NCBI GenBank assembly: GCA_001687465.1
Contig: LVLI01000295.1
Span: 248,001 to 301,924, forward strand
Reading direction: 5' to 3'
DNA from: Halocafeteria seosinensis
Taxonomy: Eukaryota
Length of the DNA stretch: 53,924 nucleotides
Made by a program: the position numbers and the translations under genes. Within the stretch, counting starts at the first letter, position 1, and each line of letters begins with the position of its first letter. Shown here piece after piece: positions 35,997 to 47,800 of the stretch. Below the pieces are notes generated by a model that saw only the letters and a program-made list of their open reading frames with translations, had not been told where the DNA came from and searched no databases.

Positions 35997-38081
35997 ATGA
36001 CAAACATAAATTTTCGAATGAGCGATGGAGCTCAGTTTTCGATAGAGACCTCGGAGTCTATTTCTGAATTAACCATAGGGAAGTTGAAGGAACTGATCTC
36101 AGGACCTGAGAAGGCGAATGCGTCGCCATCAGCCTTAAAGCTTGTCTATCGGGGTAAAATACTCAAAGACGAGAATGTATTAGAAACATATGGTACGTAT
36201 AAACTTGCCTCCATGATCTGCTGTGGGCTGGTTTCGAGGAGGGAGGTCAGAAACAGCTGCTTCTTGTGAGGGACATGGTGACGTAGTAGATGCATACCAC
36301 TTGTTTTCTTACTATTTTCTCGGTATATGCAGGGTTTGAGGATGGGCATACTATCCATGTTGTTCGCTCTCGAACTGCTGGATCTTCTCCGGGGACTGGA
36401 AGCACCGGTAGCACTTCTCAGCCAAACACTGGTGGCGGAACACAAGGTATGCAATCACCATTAAATAGTGGCCAAAGTGGAATGGGTTCAATGCAATCGA
36501 TGATGCAAAATCCGGAGGCAATGAGTAACATGATGAACAACCCCATGATGCAAGCTCTTACGGAGGACCCTGAAATGCTTCGAGGTATTATAGAGTCAAG
36601 CCCACAAATGCGACAAATGATGAACTCCAATCCGGAACTTGCCAGAGCGATGCGCGACCCAGAAACCCTACGCAATGCCATGCGAGCAGCTAGAGACCCT
36701 GCTTATATGCGCGAGATGATGAGACATCAAGATGTTGCAATGGCAAATATACAAAATATGCCTGGAGGGTTTGACGCAATAAGGAGAATGTATGAAGAAG
36801 TTCAAGAACCTCTGGAATCCGGCATGCAAGAGTCTGCTCAGCAAATGGCGGAAGATCCTCTTGGAACTCTATCAGGCAATCCTCGGCAGCGCAGAAATAA
36901 CCATGAAACGGCAGAGGAGGAAGAAGACTCCAGCCAACCGATACCAAACCCGTGGGGAGGATCCAGTCAAACCAATCGCTCTCAGGGTGCGTGTTCTATG
37001 CTACCCTTAAGATCTCGTGCATGTTGGGTCTCGCCGCTTTCTCTTAAAGAGTTATGTTCTCGTACATCATGTGCATGAGCCCTTTCCACTGCGTCACCAA
37101 CATGGTTCACGAGGTCCCCACCTCTTAACTATCATTTCACCGTTTTTCACTTGTCTTTTGTTCAATGCAGGGGCCGACGGAAGTAGTCCATTTCCAAGTG
37201 TGCCCGCTGGAAGCAATCCTTTTGCGGGAGGTGGAAACCCGTTTGCTGCTATGCAAGGCATGCAAGGAGGTGGATCAGGGCAGCCGGATATGCAGTCTGC
37301 CATGGGTATGCTTCAGAACCCGATGATGCGGCAGATGGTTACCCAAATGATGAGTAATCCTCAAATGCTGAACATGATGGAACAGCAGAACCCCATGTTG
37401 AGGCAAATGTTGGACTCTCAACCTGGAATGCGAGAAATGATGCAGAATCCTCAAATGTTACAGCAGATGTTAGACACTGCCGCCAGTACAATGGGCTCCG
37501 GGCAAGGGGGTACAGGTGGAGGTGCTCCCCCCATGGGTGCGATGGGAGCAGGAGGTAATCCTTTCGCTGCTATGTTTGGTCAAGGTACTGAGGGTACGGG
37601 CTCTGGAGGCGAAGCTTCGACAGCGACGAGCTCTACAACAGAGTCCACCTCAACGCCGAATACCGGTACTACACCCTCTGGTGGTATGCCCGATATGAAT
37701 GCACTCATGCAGCAAATGATGCAAGGAGGAGGTGGGGGCATGGGGGGCACTCAGCCCTCTGGGGGCCAGCAGGCTCCGGATTTCAACACCATGATGCAGA
37801 ACATGATGGGAGGTGGACAAGGCATGGGCGGACAGGGGGGTCAAACTCCTGATATGAATACGATGATGCAAAACCTGATGGGTGGGCAGCGGCCANCAGG
37901 AGGTGGAGGAGGACAGCAACAGCAGCAAGGAGATCAAAATGTGAACTACGAGGAATTGTACGCCACTCAACTTGCGCAAATGCGTGAACTAGGATTCACA
38001 GACACGAATGCTTGCATCAACGCATTAAAAAGCACCGGCGGTAATGTTGAGGCAGCCATAAACCGCTTATTCGGCGAGTAA
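35997..38081 (+). CDS. UBQLN: Ubiquilin / Dsk2 (UBL-STI1-UBA)
   Basis: UBL 'LKLVYRGKILKD...GFEDGHTIHVV', M/Q/N/P-rich STI1 repeats, 'NMPGGFDAIRRMYEEVQEP', 'PIPNPWG' and UBA 'YATQLAQMRELGF...GNVEAAINRL'. Introns at 36193-36332 and 36987-37170. One ambiguous N near 37896. Confidence 0.95.
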
Positions 38082-38503
38082 AGTAGCGATCGTAGTCGTT
38101 AGAAAATGTACATCGGAGAGCCGGTGGCGAAGAGTCGCCGACAGTTGCTGTGGTGCCACCACAATTGTACAAGGGTAGGTACTGAAACTTATTTCCTTCG
38201 GGAACATCTCTTTCCATGATATTTAAGGAGTCCTCATCCATTGAGTGTAACATAGGAGTTGTCTTCTCCAATTCTTACTTGCTAAGTCTTATTGCATGGC
38301 ATTGCATGATGGCAAATTTCTAAGATGTCACCGTTTCCGCGGGAATCCCGTTATCCAAGAGTCTAGAGAGTCCAGGTTTGTTATCCATGCTCTCTCTTCC
38401 TCGGTTGAGGGAGATTCTTCCATACACCCGAGTTGTTGGGGCTCTCTGCAGAATAAGCCATGTTGTCTGGGGTTTTATGGCGTTCAGAATAACTTGACCA
38501 ACC

Positions 38504-39932
38504 ATGGCATCTCTGGGCTTTTTTCGTAAAACGCCTTCAGAGGTCACTAAGCTGGCCAAAGCAGCTTTACAGAAGGACCTCAGTGATGAGAAGGTACGCA
38601 TGCGCTCTATTATTTATTTATGTGTACATGTCGGATGAATGAGTGAACGAGTGTCTAATTTGAGTACAGAACCGTGCTGAATTGAGCAAACGAGTAGCTT
38701 CCATGAAGGCCATTGTATTAGGAGAAGTACGTATCCTCTACCATGACGGCTTTATAGAGCGAGAAAGCGAGTAAGGATGGCCTTCATCTGTTGTGTATAT
38801 GTGCGTGAATGAACGACTGCAGGAGGGGAAGCCACCCAAAGAGGAGAAGCGCCGTGAATTGGGCATGGCGTGGAAACAGGAAGATATTTTGCCCCAGATG
38901 CAAAGTAAATTTGGTGAAGTAGATTTCGAGGTGCGTACTCCCGATGGAACAGTACACGCACACAGAGCACGTGAACCAAAACGACGGCCGTGAGATACAG
39001 GTTCGGAAGGATCTCAGCACATGTTTTGATACTCTTGCGCGCTCTGACATCGGAGGGTTTACCTCTCAGTATCTACCAGAAAAAGCATCGGTTATAGCAG
39101 AACTATCGAGGCAGTAAGTGTCCACGTAAATCTCCCTTAATTTCGTGAATGCCGTAAAGTCTTGGCGGAGAGAGCCTTTTGCAGCTACACGAATCCCGAA
39201 CTGGCACTCGCTTGTGGCGTCGTTTTAAGAGGAGCCCTCGCCTCTGTCCCTGTCCACCGGACGTTGTTGGGCGGTCCTCCAGTGGATGAAGATACGGGCT
39301 TGTCAATCTGCTTATCTACTTTGATCAAGGAGGTCGTGCACAATGAAAACTTTGAGGTGGCTGCCGATGGTTTTGCAACCATAAGTGATTTGCTGACCAA
39401 GAACAAAACTGTCGTCCACAGCTTCATTACAGATAATTTCTCATCGTTTTTTGAAACCTATCACATCATGTTGAGATCGAGAGTTTACACTACTCGTCGC
39501 CAAGGCTTACGACTTCTCTCAGAGCTGCTGCTTGATTCGGACCACTTCGAGATAATGATAAATTATGTCTCCAATCCCGAGTACTTAAAGATTATCATGA
39601 CGATGTTACGGGACGTGCGGCAGAATATCCAATTCGAGGCGTTTCACGTATTTAAAGTGTTTGTTGCGAACCCTAATAAGCCGAACGTAATCACTCAGAT
39701 CTTGGCTACGAATAAGGACAAACTAATTAAATACTTGAGGGAATTTCAAAATGATAGGAGTGACACAGAGTTTGCGGAAGAGAAAGCGCTTCTCATTGAG
39801 ACTTTGTCCAACATAGATGCAAGTTCCCCTTCAGCTTCCCAATCTGCGAGTGACAGTAGCACTAAAACGACGGCGACTCCGGCCCAAGATACATCGACAG
39901 CAACCACCACCTCTGCAAGCACCGAAAAGTAG
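38504..39932 (+). CDS. CAB39: MO25/CAB39 (Hym1) scaffold protein
   Basis: Five exons: MASLGFFRKTPSEV / NRAELSKRVASMKAIVLGE / ...EVDFE / VRKD... / YTNPELALACGVVLR...'YTTRRQGLRLLSELLLD'...'NIQFEAFHVFKVFVANPNKP'. Confidence 0.93.
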
Positions 39933-40078
39933 GGAGACCGTGTCGTAGGAACTATCTATCTTATGGAAACCTGGGTTTCACACGCATGGGTTTGTGTGAA
40001 TTAGTTAGTTTTATGTTTTACGTTCGTTGCAACTACTCTTGTGAATCGCCGATGTTGACCGGTGCTTCAGCAAGCCGT

Positions 40079-40861
40079 CTACGCAATACCTCCATGATAC
40101 CTGTACGGGTCGATGAACATTTCTTCGCGGAACACATCCCTCACTTCGGCGTCAGAGCATCTACTGGTTGCGCATAAGATATAAGAGTAGGGTAGAAATA
40201 TAATGAACATTTGGTACAACTGAGGGTATCGCTCCACGAGATAATACGCCCCCACCCAGGAGATAGCCGCTAGTACCAGACAGAGCCCTATCCCCTCCAA
40301 AAGATATGCTATTCCCGGAGTGTTTTCTAAGCCACCAATAGCAATGGTAAACAATCTAACGTACAGGGGTACTGTAATATCCACTGGTTCACCTTCGACT
40401 AGCTGTAGGCATGCCCAAGCACCGGCGATGGCAGTTTCAATCATGCAGGCTGTCACCAGGACCGGGGTCAGCCAGTTGCATATCTTGACGAACGCTGAAG
40501 GCTTTTTGTACTCCGAAATCGAGACGTCCTTGACGCGATCCTTATTCGCCACTCTCTTTAGAGCATTTTGAAAGTCTTCGATTTTGTACGACGTATCCAC
40601 TCTCATGGCATCGGCTTTGCTGCGCAAGAAGTCCCCAATGCTTTCACCGGTCATGAACTCTTTCTCAGAGCGATATTCCGAGTCCTGTGCTTGTATGTCG
40701 GATCCATCCTTGAACAGCGAGATTAACATGGAGAACCAATAGGGAAAACACTTTGTAATCAAAACTTTGGGTTTTGGATCCACCTTGCTCTTCTCAGGTA
40801 ACACCCGAAAAGGTGTCGGCGGCCATTGCTCCAGTTCCTGAGCCGTATCCACTCCAGACAT
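40079..40861 (-). CDS. Hypothetical membrane protein (3-4 predicted TM segments); may have an upstream exon
   Basis: 260-aa ORF with hydrophobic stretches in the C-terminal half. No family recognised. Confidence 0.55.
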   Translation of the reverse strand: MSGVDTAQELEQWPPTPFRVLPEKSKVDPKPKVLITKCFPYWFSMLISLFKDGSDIQAQDSEYRSEKEFMTGESIGDFLRSKADAMRVDTSYKIEDFQNALKRVANKDRVKDVSISEYKKPSAFVKICNWLTPVLVTACMIETAIAGAWACLQLVEGEPVDITVPLYVRLFTIAIGGLENTPGIAYLLEGIGLCLVLAAISWVGAYYLVERYPQLYQMFIIFLPYSYILCATSRCSDAEVRDVFREEMFIDPYRYHGGIA

Positions 40862-41272
40862 CGTTTCCAGCGCACCCTAGAGAGTCTGCACACGCAATTA
40901 TGACAAAATCAGTTCATATCATTGATCACTCAATACAGAGGATAGGAGAGAAACAACTAACCTCTGTTGTCGTCGCACGGCGAAAAGGGGATTATGTGGC
41001 AATCCACTCACTCGCAGAGCTTTGCCGATGACATACGGATTAAAGCCTTCTGTACAAACGAATCTGCGTGTTCAACAGCTTGCATGCACGCCATCCAGCG
41101 TGCGCGAGACAACAGCGTACGAAGATGGAATCTCCAACTTTTGTTTGTTCGGTTCTGAATGTGGAATGTGGAAGCAGCTTGCTGGCTGCCGGCAGCAGTA
41201 CTGCTACAAGTTGTCTTAGGACGACAAGCGGCACATGCTTTTGAGTATACAGTTAGTCTATTGATTATTGAT

Positions 41273-42704
41273 TCAAATCTCTTCGGAAAGAATATCTTCT
41301 AGTGAGAATTCGTCGTCGTCTTTGGGAGGTTCTGGCATACTGCCATCCCACGCCTCTACCGTATCTATCTTCGGAGCTTCCTTCAGCGGGAAGGTAGCAG
41401 CTCGGCCCGTAGCAAGACTGGAAACGAACTTATTCAAACTGGGTTCATCAAAGGCACCAGTGTGTATGGCGTAGGCTTTCTTATTGAGATTGACTGCGAC
41501 TACTGCGGGAATAGTCTCTTTAACACTCAGGGCCTCCTGCAACTTGGGCTGCTTGCCTACTTCAGTCCACGTGAACTTGATGGGAGCGCTAAGGTGCTTC
41601 ATTGCAACATTAGACATGGCATCTAAGTATTTCTGCCGCCCTTCAACGCCGTCATCTAGAATATGCCTCAGCACAGCAACTACGCATATAGTGGATTTCT
41701 GTTGTTGGCAGGTTTTAGTCCAGACATCCTCCGACGTTATCTCGACGGCCTCAGGAGGCTTGGCAGTAGTCGCGAATAAATTGCGCGCATACTCCACCAA
41801 TGAGTCGGTATCTCTTCCTCCTTCATACGGCCTCGCATCTGACTCGCTCTTCTTTCCACCGCCAAACGCAACAATGGTCGGATATCCCTTGACATCGAAC
41901 TTCTGAGCCAATTCAGAGTTTTCTGTTGCATCTACCGCACCGAATCGGACTTGATCAGAAACCCTGCTTGCGGCTTCCGCCCAAACCGGAGCAAGGTTCT
42001 TGCAGTGTCCACACCAGGGGGCGTAGAATTCAACCATCCAAACCTCGTCCGAATTCAATACTTCATCTTCAAAATTTAATTCGGTTAAAGTAACAACATG
42101 TTTGCCTCCACCGGTCTCAACTTTTGGACCGTTTCCTTCGCTGCCGGTGCTGCCACCAGAACCTCCTGAACTCTTAGAAGAACCGCTTTTCCCGGATAGT
42201 CTTCCATGGGCCACTTTGTTGGCAGCCTTTAATCCGGCTTGAACAAACGACTTAGCGTCGCTCCCCCCTTGATAATCTTCGGGTGAGTTCTTGTTTTCTC
42301 CGAAAACTTTGATAGAAGGGAACCCTTGGATCTGGTATCTGGAAGCCAAATTCCTATTCTCGTCGGCATCTACAGCACCTATTTTGACGATCCCCTTCAG
42401 CGCACGCGCGACTTTTTTGTATTCAGGGGCGAGATTGCGGCAATGTCCACACCAACTGCGTGCAATACAAGAGAGCAATGAACAGCAGACAAGGCTTGCC
42501 GAGTACACAACACGTGTCGCAGACCTTGCCCGGTACTTACGGTGCATAGAACTCTATTAACCACACAGCGTCATCCTGAAGGACTTTCTTCGAGAAGTCT
42601 GAGTCTGTTAACTGGATGACGTCGTCCGAGTTCGAGTAAAGGGCATCAGAAACAGATGCCAGGCAGGCAATGGCCCCGAGAATCCATGGTATCTGGTTCA
42701 TCAT
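41273..42704 (-). CDS. PDIA6: Protein disulfide-isomerase A6 (P5)
   Basis: Signal peptide 'MMNQIPWILGAIACLASVSDA', then 'LYSNSDDVIQLT'. Two WCGHC thioredoxin domains (the first split by intron 42540-42456), a Gly/Ser linker, a P5 C-terminal domain and an acidic tail 'WDG...EDILSEEI'. Confidence 0.95.
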
Positions 42705-43978
42705 CCTGAAGGATTCCACGCTCTCCTTCCCGTGTCTCAGGCACTTTTCAATCAAACAAATACGCAATTTTATTGTTGCTAAGGCTTTGCTACTCGTGGC
42801 AGTGTCCCGAGGCTCTCTGTACTCCCTGCAATGTGGTCAACGAACAATCGAACAAAACTCGCAAGGTTCCCGGGAGACCGGGAGGCAAACACCTTGTGAA
42901 GTTGACCCTTACGGTACGCTACGGGAAGTGTAGATGGTGGATTGAGAGGCATACCCACCAAATATGATGAGTATCGTCGTGTTTATCTAATGCTTCTTAG
43001 TCCACCAATCAGGAAGTCGAGGCGTCAACACGGAGATAGGAGTCGGGAGTTATACAAGCGAGGGCTGCATGATACATCCACCACATTTTGGAGAGGGTTA
43101 ATTTCCCAAATTTCACCCATATACTGGCAAAAACGAACCCACATAGCGGTCGTATCGCAGTTCAAGATCGCGTTACCGCACATTGTGTTGTTGGTATTGA
43201 CTCCACTCTACTCAGTATTGGAAATTCACCGTTGTTTGCACGAGGCCACATACTATGCCATGTGTGCGATGGCTAGCCAAAGGCGCATCCCTCGAGCTCA
43301 GTGTGAGTTCTGTGTGTATTTGTATTTACCCTCCCGGGAGAAGAGTTCTGTCCACGCTGCTGCTTTCCTCAGTGGCCAGGGAGTCGTCGTCCGATGGCAT
43401 GAGCACAACTGCCCGGCGGATCTCAGTGAAGTTGAGGGAATCGCTGCTTAAAGCGGGCGAACCTCGCTCCTTGCTAAGAGTATGGTGCACTATGCAGTGT
43501 TATCATTGCTAATCGTGGCAGCGTCGTCTCCTTCCCGGGGCTTTCTATATTCCCTGCAATGAAGATCAACGAACATTCCTCGGCAACAAAATTCCAATTT
43601 AATTATTTCCATCCCGTTGTGTGTGTATTCAACTTCAACTATAGTAAGTGCCCGTTAGCCGAGGCTACGCCTTCCTTCATACGCCGTATTGGGCATTACT
43701 AAATGCAACCACTTGCACAGCATTCTACAGTTGCTCCGAAATTCCATTCATCTTACACAGCTTACCCTTAACTTCAACTTCAACATGGATGGAACTTTAG
43801 CGCGCGTCGACTTGCCCGGAGAACTATACCCGGCTGCATAGACGGTATACTATAGAGGTGATTTAGACTAGTGATACTACCAAGGATCAGTGGGTGTTTC
43901 TCATTCTCGACTGGTAGCAGAGAAGCAACCCGTAGCTTTGTCGTGTAAAGGAGTCTTCACAGTGGAAAGAAGTAGACC

Positions 43979-44806
43979 ATGGCAGGGTACGGAGTCGCAG
44001 GCCACAAAAATGAATATACCACAGGCGTTCGGGTTGGAAACTGGTGCGAAGATGCACTAGGCATATCGGAAGCATCTCGGCATACGGTGGAGCGAGTGCC
44101 GTTTCATGGAGAGACAGAGACTAAAGCGAAATTTGCACCCCCGTGGAACCAGCCTCAACCGAAATCAACGGGAGCCACCCTCGATAGCACACTCTTGAGC
44201 GAAGGGGGAGGAATTTCGAACGATCCGAACAAATTGTTTCGGCATGAACACGCTGACTTCAAGTCGCATGATGACCGATTCACGACGACGTAAGTTCTTC
44301 ACATGAACGCCCCAAAACGTAGCAACTGATTCATGCAACCGTATTTGTATTTTGCAGTTGCCAAGCTGCACATAGTGGGGCTAATGTACACATTCAAGAC
44401 TATTGCGCTGATGCGCAACCAAGGCAGAAAATTCCCACGATGAACCGGACAGTGAAATGCAAGGAACGCGAAAAGGAGGTAAGTACACACTGGATGGGAA
44501 ACGCAATCTAGACCCAGGGGCTGACATACTACTTGTCCATATCAGGTTACTGCTGGACTCGACGAACGTGACCCGATGAGGCAACGAAATATGGATGGAA
44601 AATGTCGGGGGTCAGTACCGACTTCGCGCTTTGCCACGATGACACAAGTTTCTCAAGAAAGCGTGGATCGTTACGCACGGAAAGCGGCGTTCTTAGGGCA
44701 CAAACCGAAAGCGCAGCATGAAAAGGAGCAAGAAAACGAGTATAGGCCACGTAAGACGCAATTTACTCAATCATTCAAATGTCCCATACCCAGTCTGAGG
44801 GCCTAA
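43979..44806 (+). CDS. Ciliary microtubule-inner-protein-like (CFAP107/C1orf158-type GNWxE motif)
   Basis: N-terminal 'EYTTGVRVGNWCED' and 'KLFRH...RFTTT'. Three exons joined in frame (introns about 44289-44357 and 44479-44545). Confidence 0.6.
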
Positions 44807-44870
44807 TGAAGTGGGAGTGCAAACAATATACACATACGTATCGTATCGACAAGTATGCGCGTAGTAGTTT

Positions 44871-47800
44871 CTATTCTTCGTTCTTCTGTTCGCCCTTTCC
44901 AGACATATCTACATCGTCATCTGCATCTTTAGCTGTATCCGTGGGCAATGCGCTGGTTCCAGTAGCTGCAGACTCTTGCGTGACCACGTGAGCGCAACTG
45001 GACGGAGCTTGAGAGGTATCATTTGAGGCAGTATGAGCTGTTGTACCATGCTTCTTGGCAACAAAAACATCCTGCGCGCCAGGTTGAGGAATCAATGTAC
45101 CCGAAGGGGTGACATTACTCGTCATTTGATTAACAGATTGGGTCTCCCCTTCTGAGCGAGATGCATTCTGTCGAATGTTTCTATTCATGACCACATGACT
45201 CTCAGAGGCGGCCTTCGCTTCATAAGCATCGGCCACTTGCATCGCCACGTACTCATCAGAAGGAATCGTCCCACGCATTTGAAGCATGGTCCCCTCTCCT
45301 ACGAGACGCGATACAGTGGTAGGAATATCCAGATCCAGATGTTGAAGCGTTGCCTCGCTTACCTCATATGAAGGTTTTCCCACCAACCGAATAGACAAAG
45401 TTGCTACTTTGTCCGGTTCGACATCCAAGGACCATTGGTCATTTGCAATGGAAACTATTCTAGGGTCTTCTTCCACGTACTGTACGGCATAGATATCATC
45501 TGTTCTGGAAGACAAAATGGCTGCCACATTGCGGCGATATGAGGATAACGCATCGGAAATACTTTTCTTCGCATCTCCGGGTGACTGAGTGGCCGTCACA
45601 AGATTTACTCGAGCCTGGAAATATTCGTATAGACTGCGCAGTTTGAGCGCCGTGGCATCAGACACCATTGCTGACATCTGTCTAGAGCAAGCGGCAGCTA
45701 ATTTATCCATTGTGAACAGGAAGTAGGAACCGCTACCCATAAGGCTCCTACATTCATCTTCATACTTGCCACTGTCAATTTTCCCATCAATTAACGCACA
45801 GAGAGCAGTCAAGAAATGATGATATAGTTCTTCGCCTTTTTTCTCTGGATCCTCACTACCGCTTTCGACCTCCTGACTGTTGTGGTTGTCTTCAGAGCTT
45901 CCGAACTCATCCTCTCCCATGCTTTGGTCTTCTTTGTTTCCATCTTTTTCATTCTGTTTTTGAGCATCCATTGCGCGGTCTTCAATGTGACGTAGCATCT
46001 TCCGTTCACGTTGACTGGCGGCTTCTTTGCACAGTTCCTTCGCTCGGATTAGTCGATCAGCCAGCATTTGGTGAAGTCTAAAGAAAGAGTATTCACTGCT
46101 GGAGCAGTAGACCAAAGAGTCAGGTGGAGGAGGCGGTAGCTCCTTTAAAGCGTCTTCTAACTTTCTACGGGTTTCCTCACTCGGAGCGTCCACTGAGGTT
46201 TCCGAGCTTTCGAACAAAGACGAGGCCGCTTCCGCCAGCGCGGCAGAAGCGGAAGCTAGCCGCCCAGTACTCGCCATACCTTTGTCGTGTTCATCGCTTT
46301 GGCTCAAAGATTTGACTTGAACGGGCTTCACTTTTCCAGAGAGAGACGGCATTCGCTCCGCCGCTTTTTCATCCACCATGCCTCCACCCTCCGCCATACG
46401 AGAGCCTGATCCAGTGCCAAAACCGCCAATCGAATAAAGCGCAGAGGAGGGATCCACCATCTCTTTCACAGCGTTCTCATTGAAATACCCCATACCGAAC
46501 GGCAAAGAGACGGTATACCGTACGGGTTGGGACTTCTTATCCGATTTATCCTCTCCTGATATGTCTTCTTCATCAGGAAGATAGCAAACATCCTCTACAA
46601 TACCAACACCGAACGACGTTTCGCAGGTTGTTCCAACCATTAAAACTCCTGGACCAGCGGGTATTTTGTTGCCGGTAGCAGGAAGCATCCATTCTCGACG
46701 AAATCTGAAGAATTTGAAGAGAAACGACCGCCATAATGCTGCCAGTTTATCCTTGTTTACCTCACTGCCGTGCTTCTCGATGGCGTATGATAACACCTCC
46801 GCCACGTCTTGATGTATGGACGTGTCCCGATACATGAAATGGAGAGTTGGTACTATCACGGGTGATTGACCGTCGCTCCAAACCACTTGACCGGATTTGC
46901 CCTTGGCGTCCTCCCCTGTGGGAGGAGCACTAGTTGTACCACTGGTATCAACTTCAGTTGGTTCCGCGGTCTCAAGTGGTTTTGAATTGAGAACGGCTTG
47001 TATCTCTGCCTCACCATCCTCAACTTTCTTCTTCATCTCAGCAGTTAGCGCCTTCACGGTGATAGCTCGTTTATCGGCCTGCAAACCAAAACAAGTATGC
47101 GACTTGAGACAACGCTGTATTGCCCTAAACCTTCGGGTACAACTTACCGATTTGAAATAGAAAGAACGATGATCCAAGCTCTTAGTGTAATTCTTTTCTT
47201 GTATCTCCTTCCACGTTTTATTTAGCTCTATGCGAGCTCGCCGCCATTCCTCGTCTTTCTCTTTCAGCCGCTTTAAGATAATTGGAATAGCATCGGCAGG
47301 ATTCTTGCGCAGTAGCTCTAATACTTCATTTCCGTGTTCACCATAGATCCGAGCGATGGCCTTTAGATGAATGACACCCAAACTGCGTCGGTCCAATCTG
47401 AATTGCCATTGATACCCGTCCATATGCTTTAGTGCAGCAATCTCCTCAGCCAATGGCTCTAACACACGGATTGCGCTCGTGTTATTGTCAATGACCATGT
47501 CAACTTCATATCGTTCGTCTTCACACTTGAAGAGAGCCTCTTCATATTGATTTCTTCGCATATGCTTAAAACTGAAGTCTTCGCTTCCAGTGGGTACGCT
47601 AACAAGATCATCATTGAGGACTTCATTTTCGAACGGTGAACGCTCGGATCCAACTTGGCGAGGATACTTGTCGGGCAAGCGACGATAACTTGGAGTACAC
47701 AGTTCACATTGACTGAAGTCAATCTCGCTGGTAGGCATTGAATGCCATACATCGGTTTCACCTAATTCAATACCTCCCCTTGAGTTAATAAATGTTTGCA

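Noticed and set aside
37680..37885. Repeated PD(M/F)NxxMQxMM units and GGNPFAAM motifs in ubiquilin
   Set aside because: Ordinary STI1-like low-complexity repeats expected in ubiquilins.
42942..43512. 169-aa plus-strand ORF and overlapping short ORFs upstream of PDIA6
   Set aside because: Non-ATG start, no recognisable motif, and no consistent spliced model on either strand.
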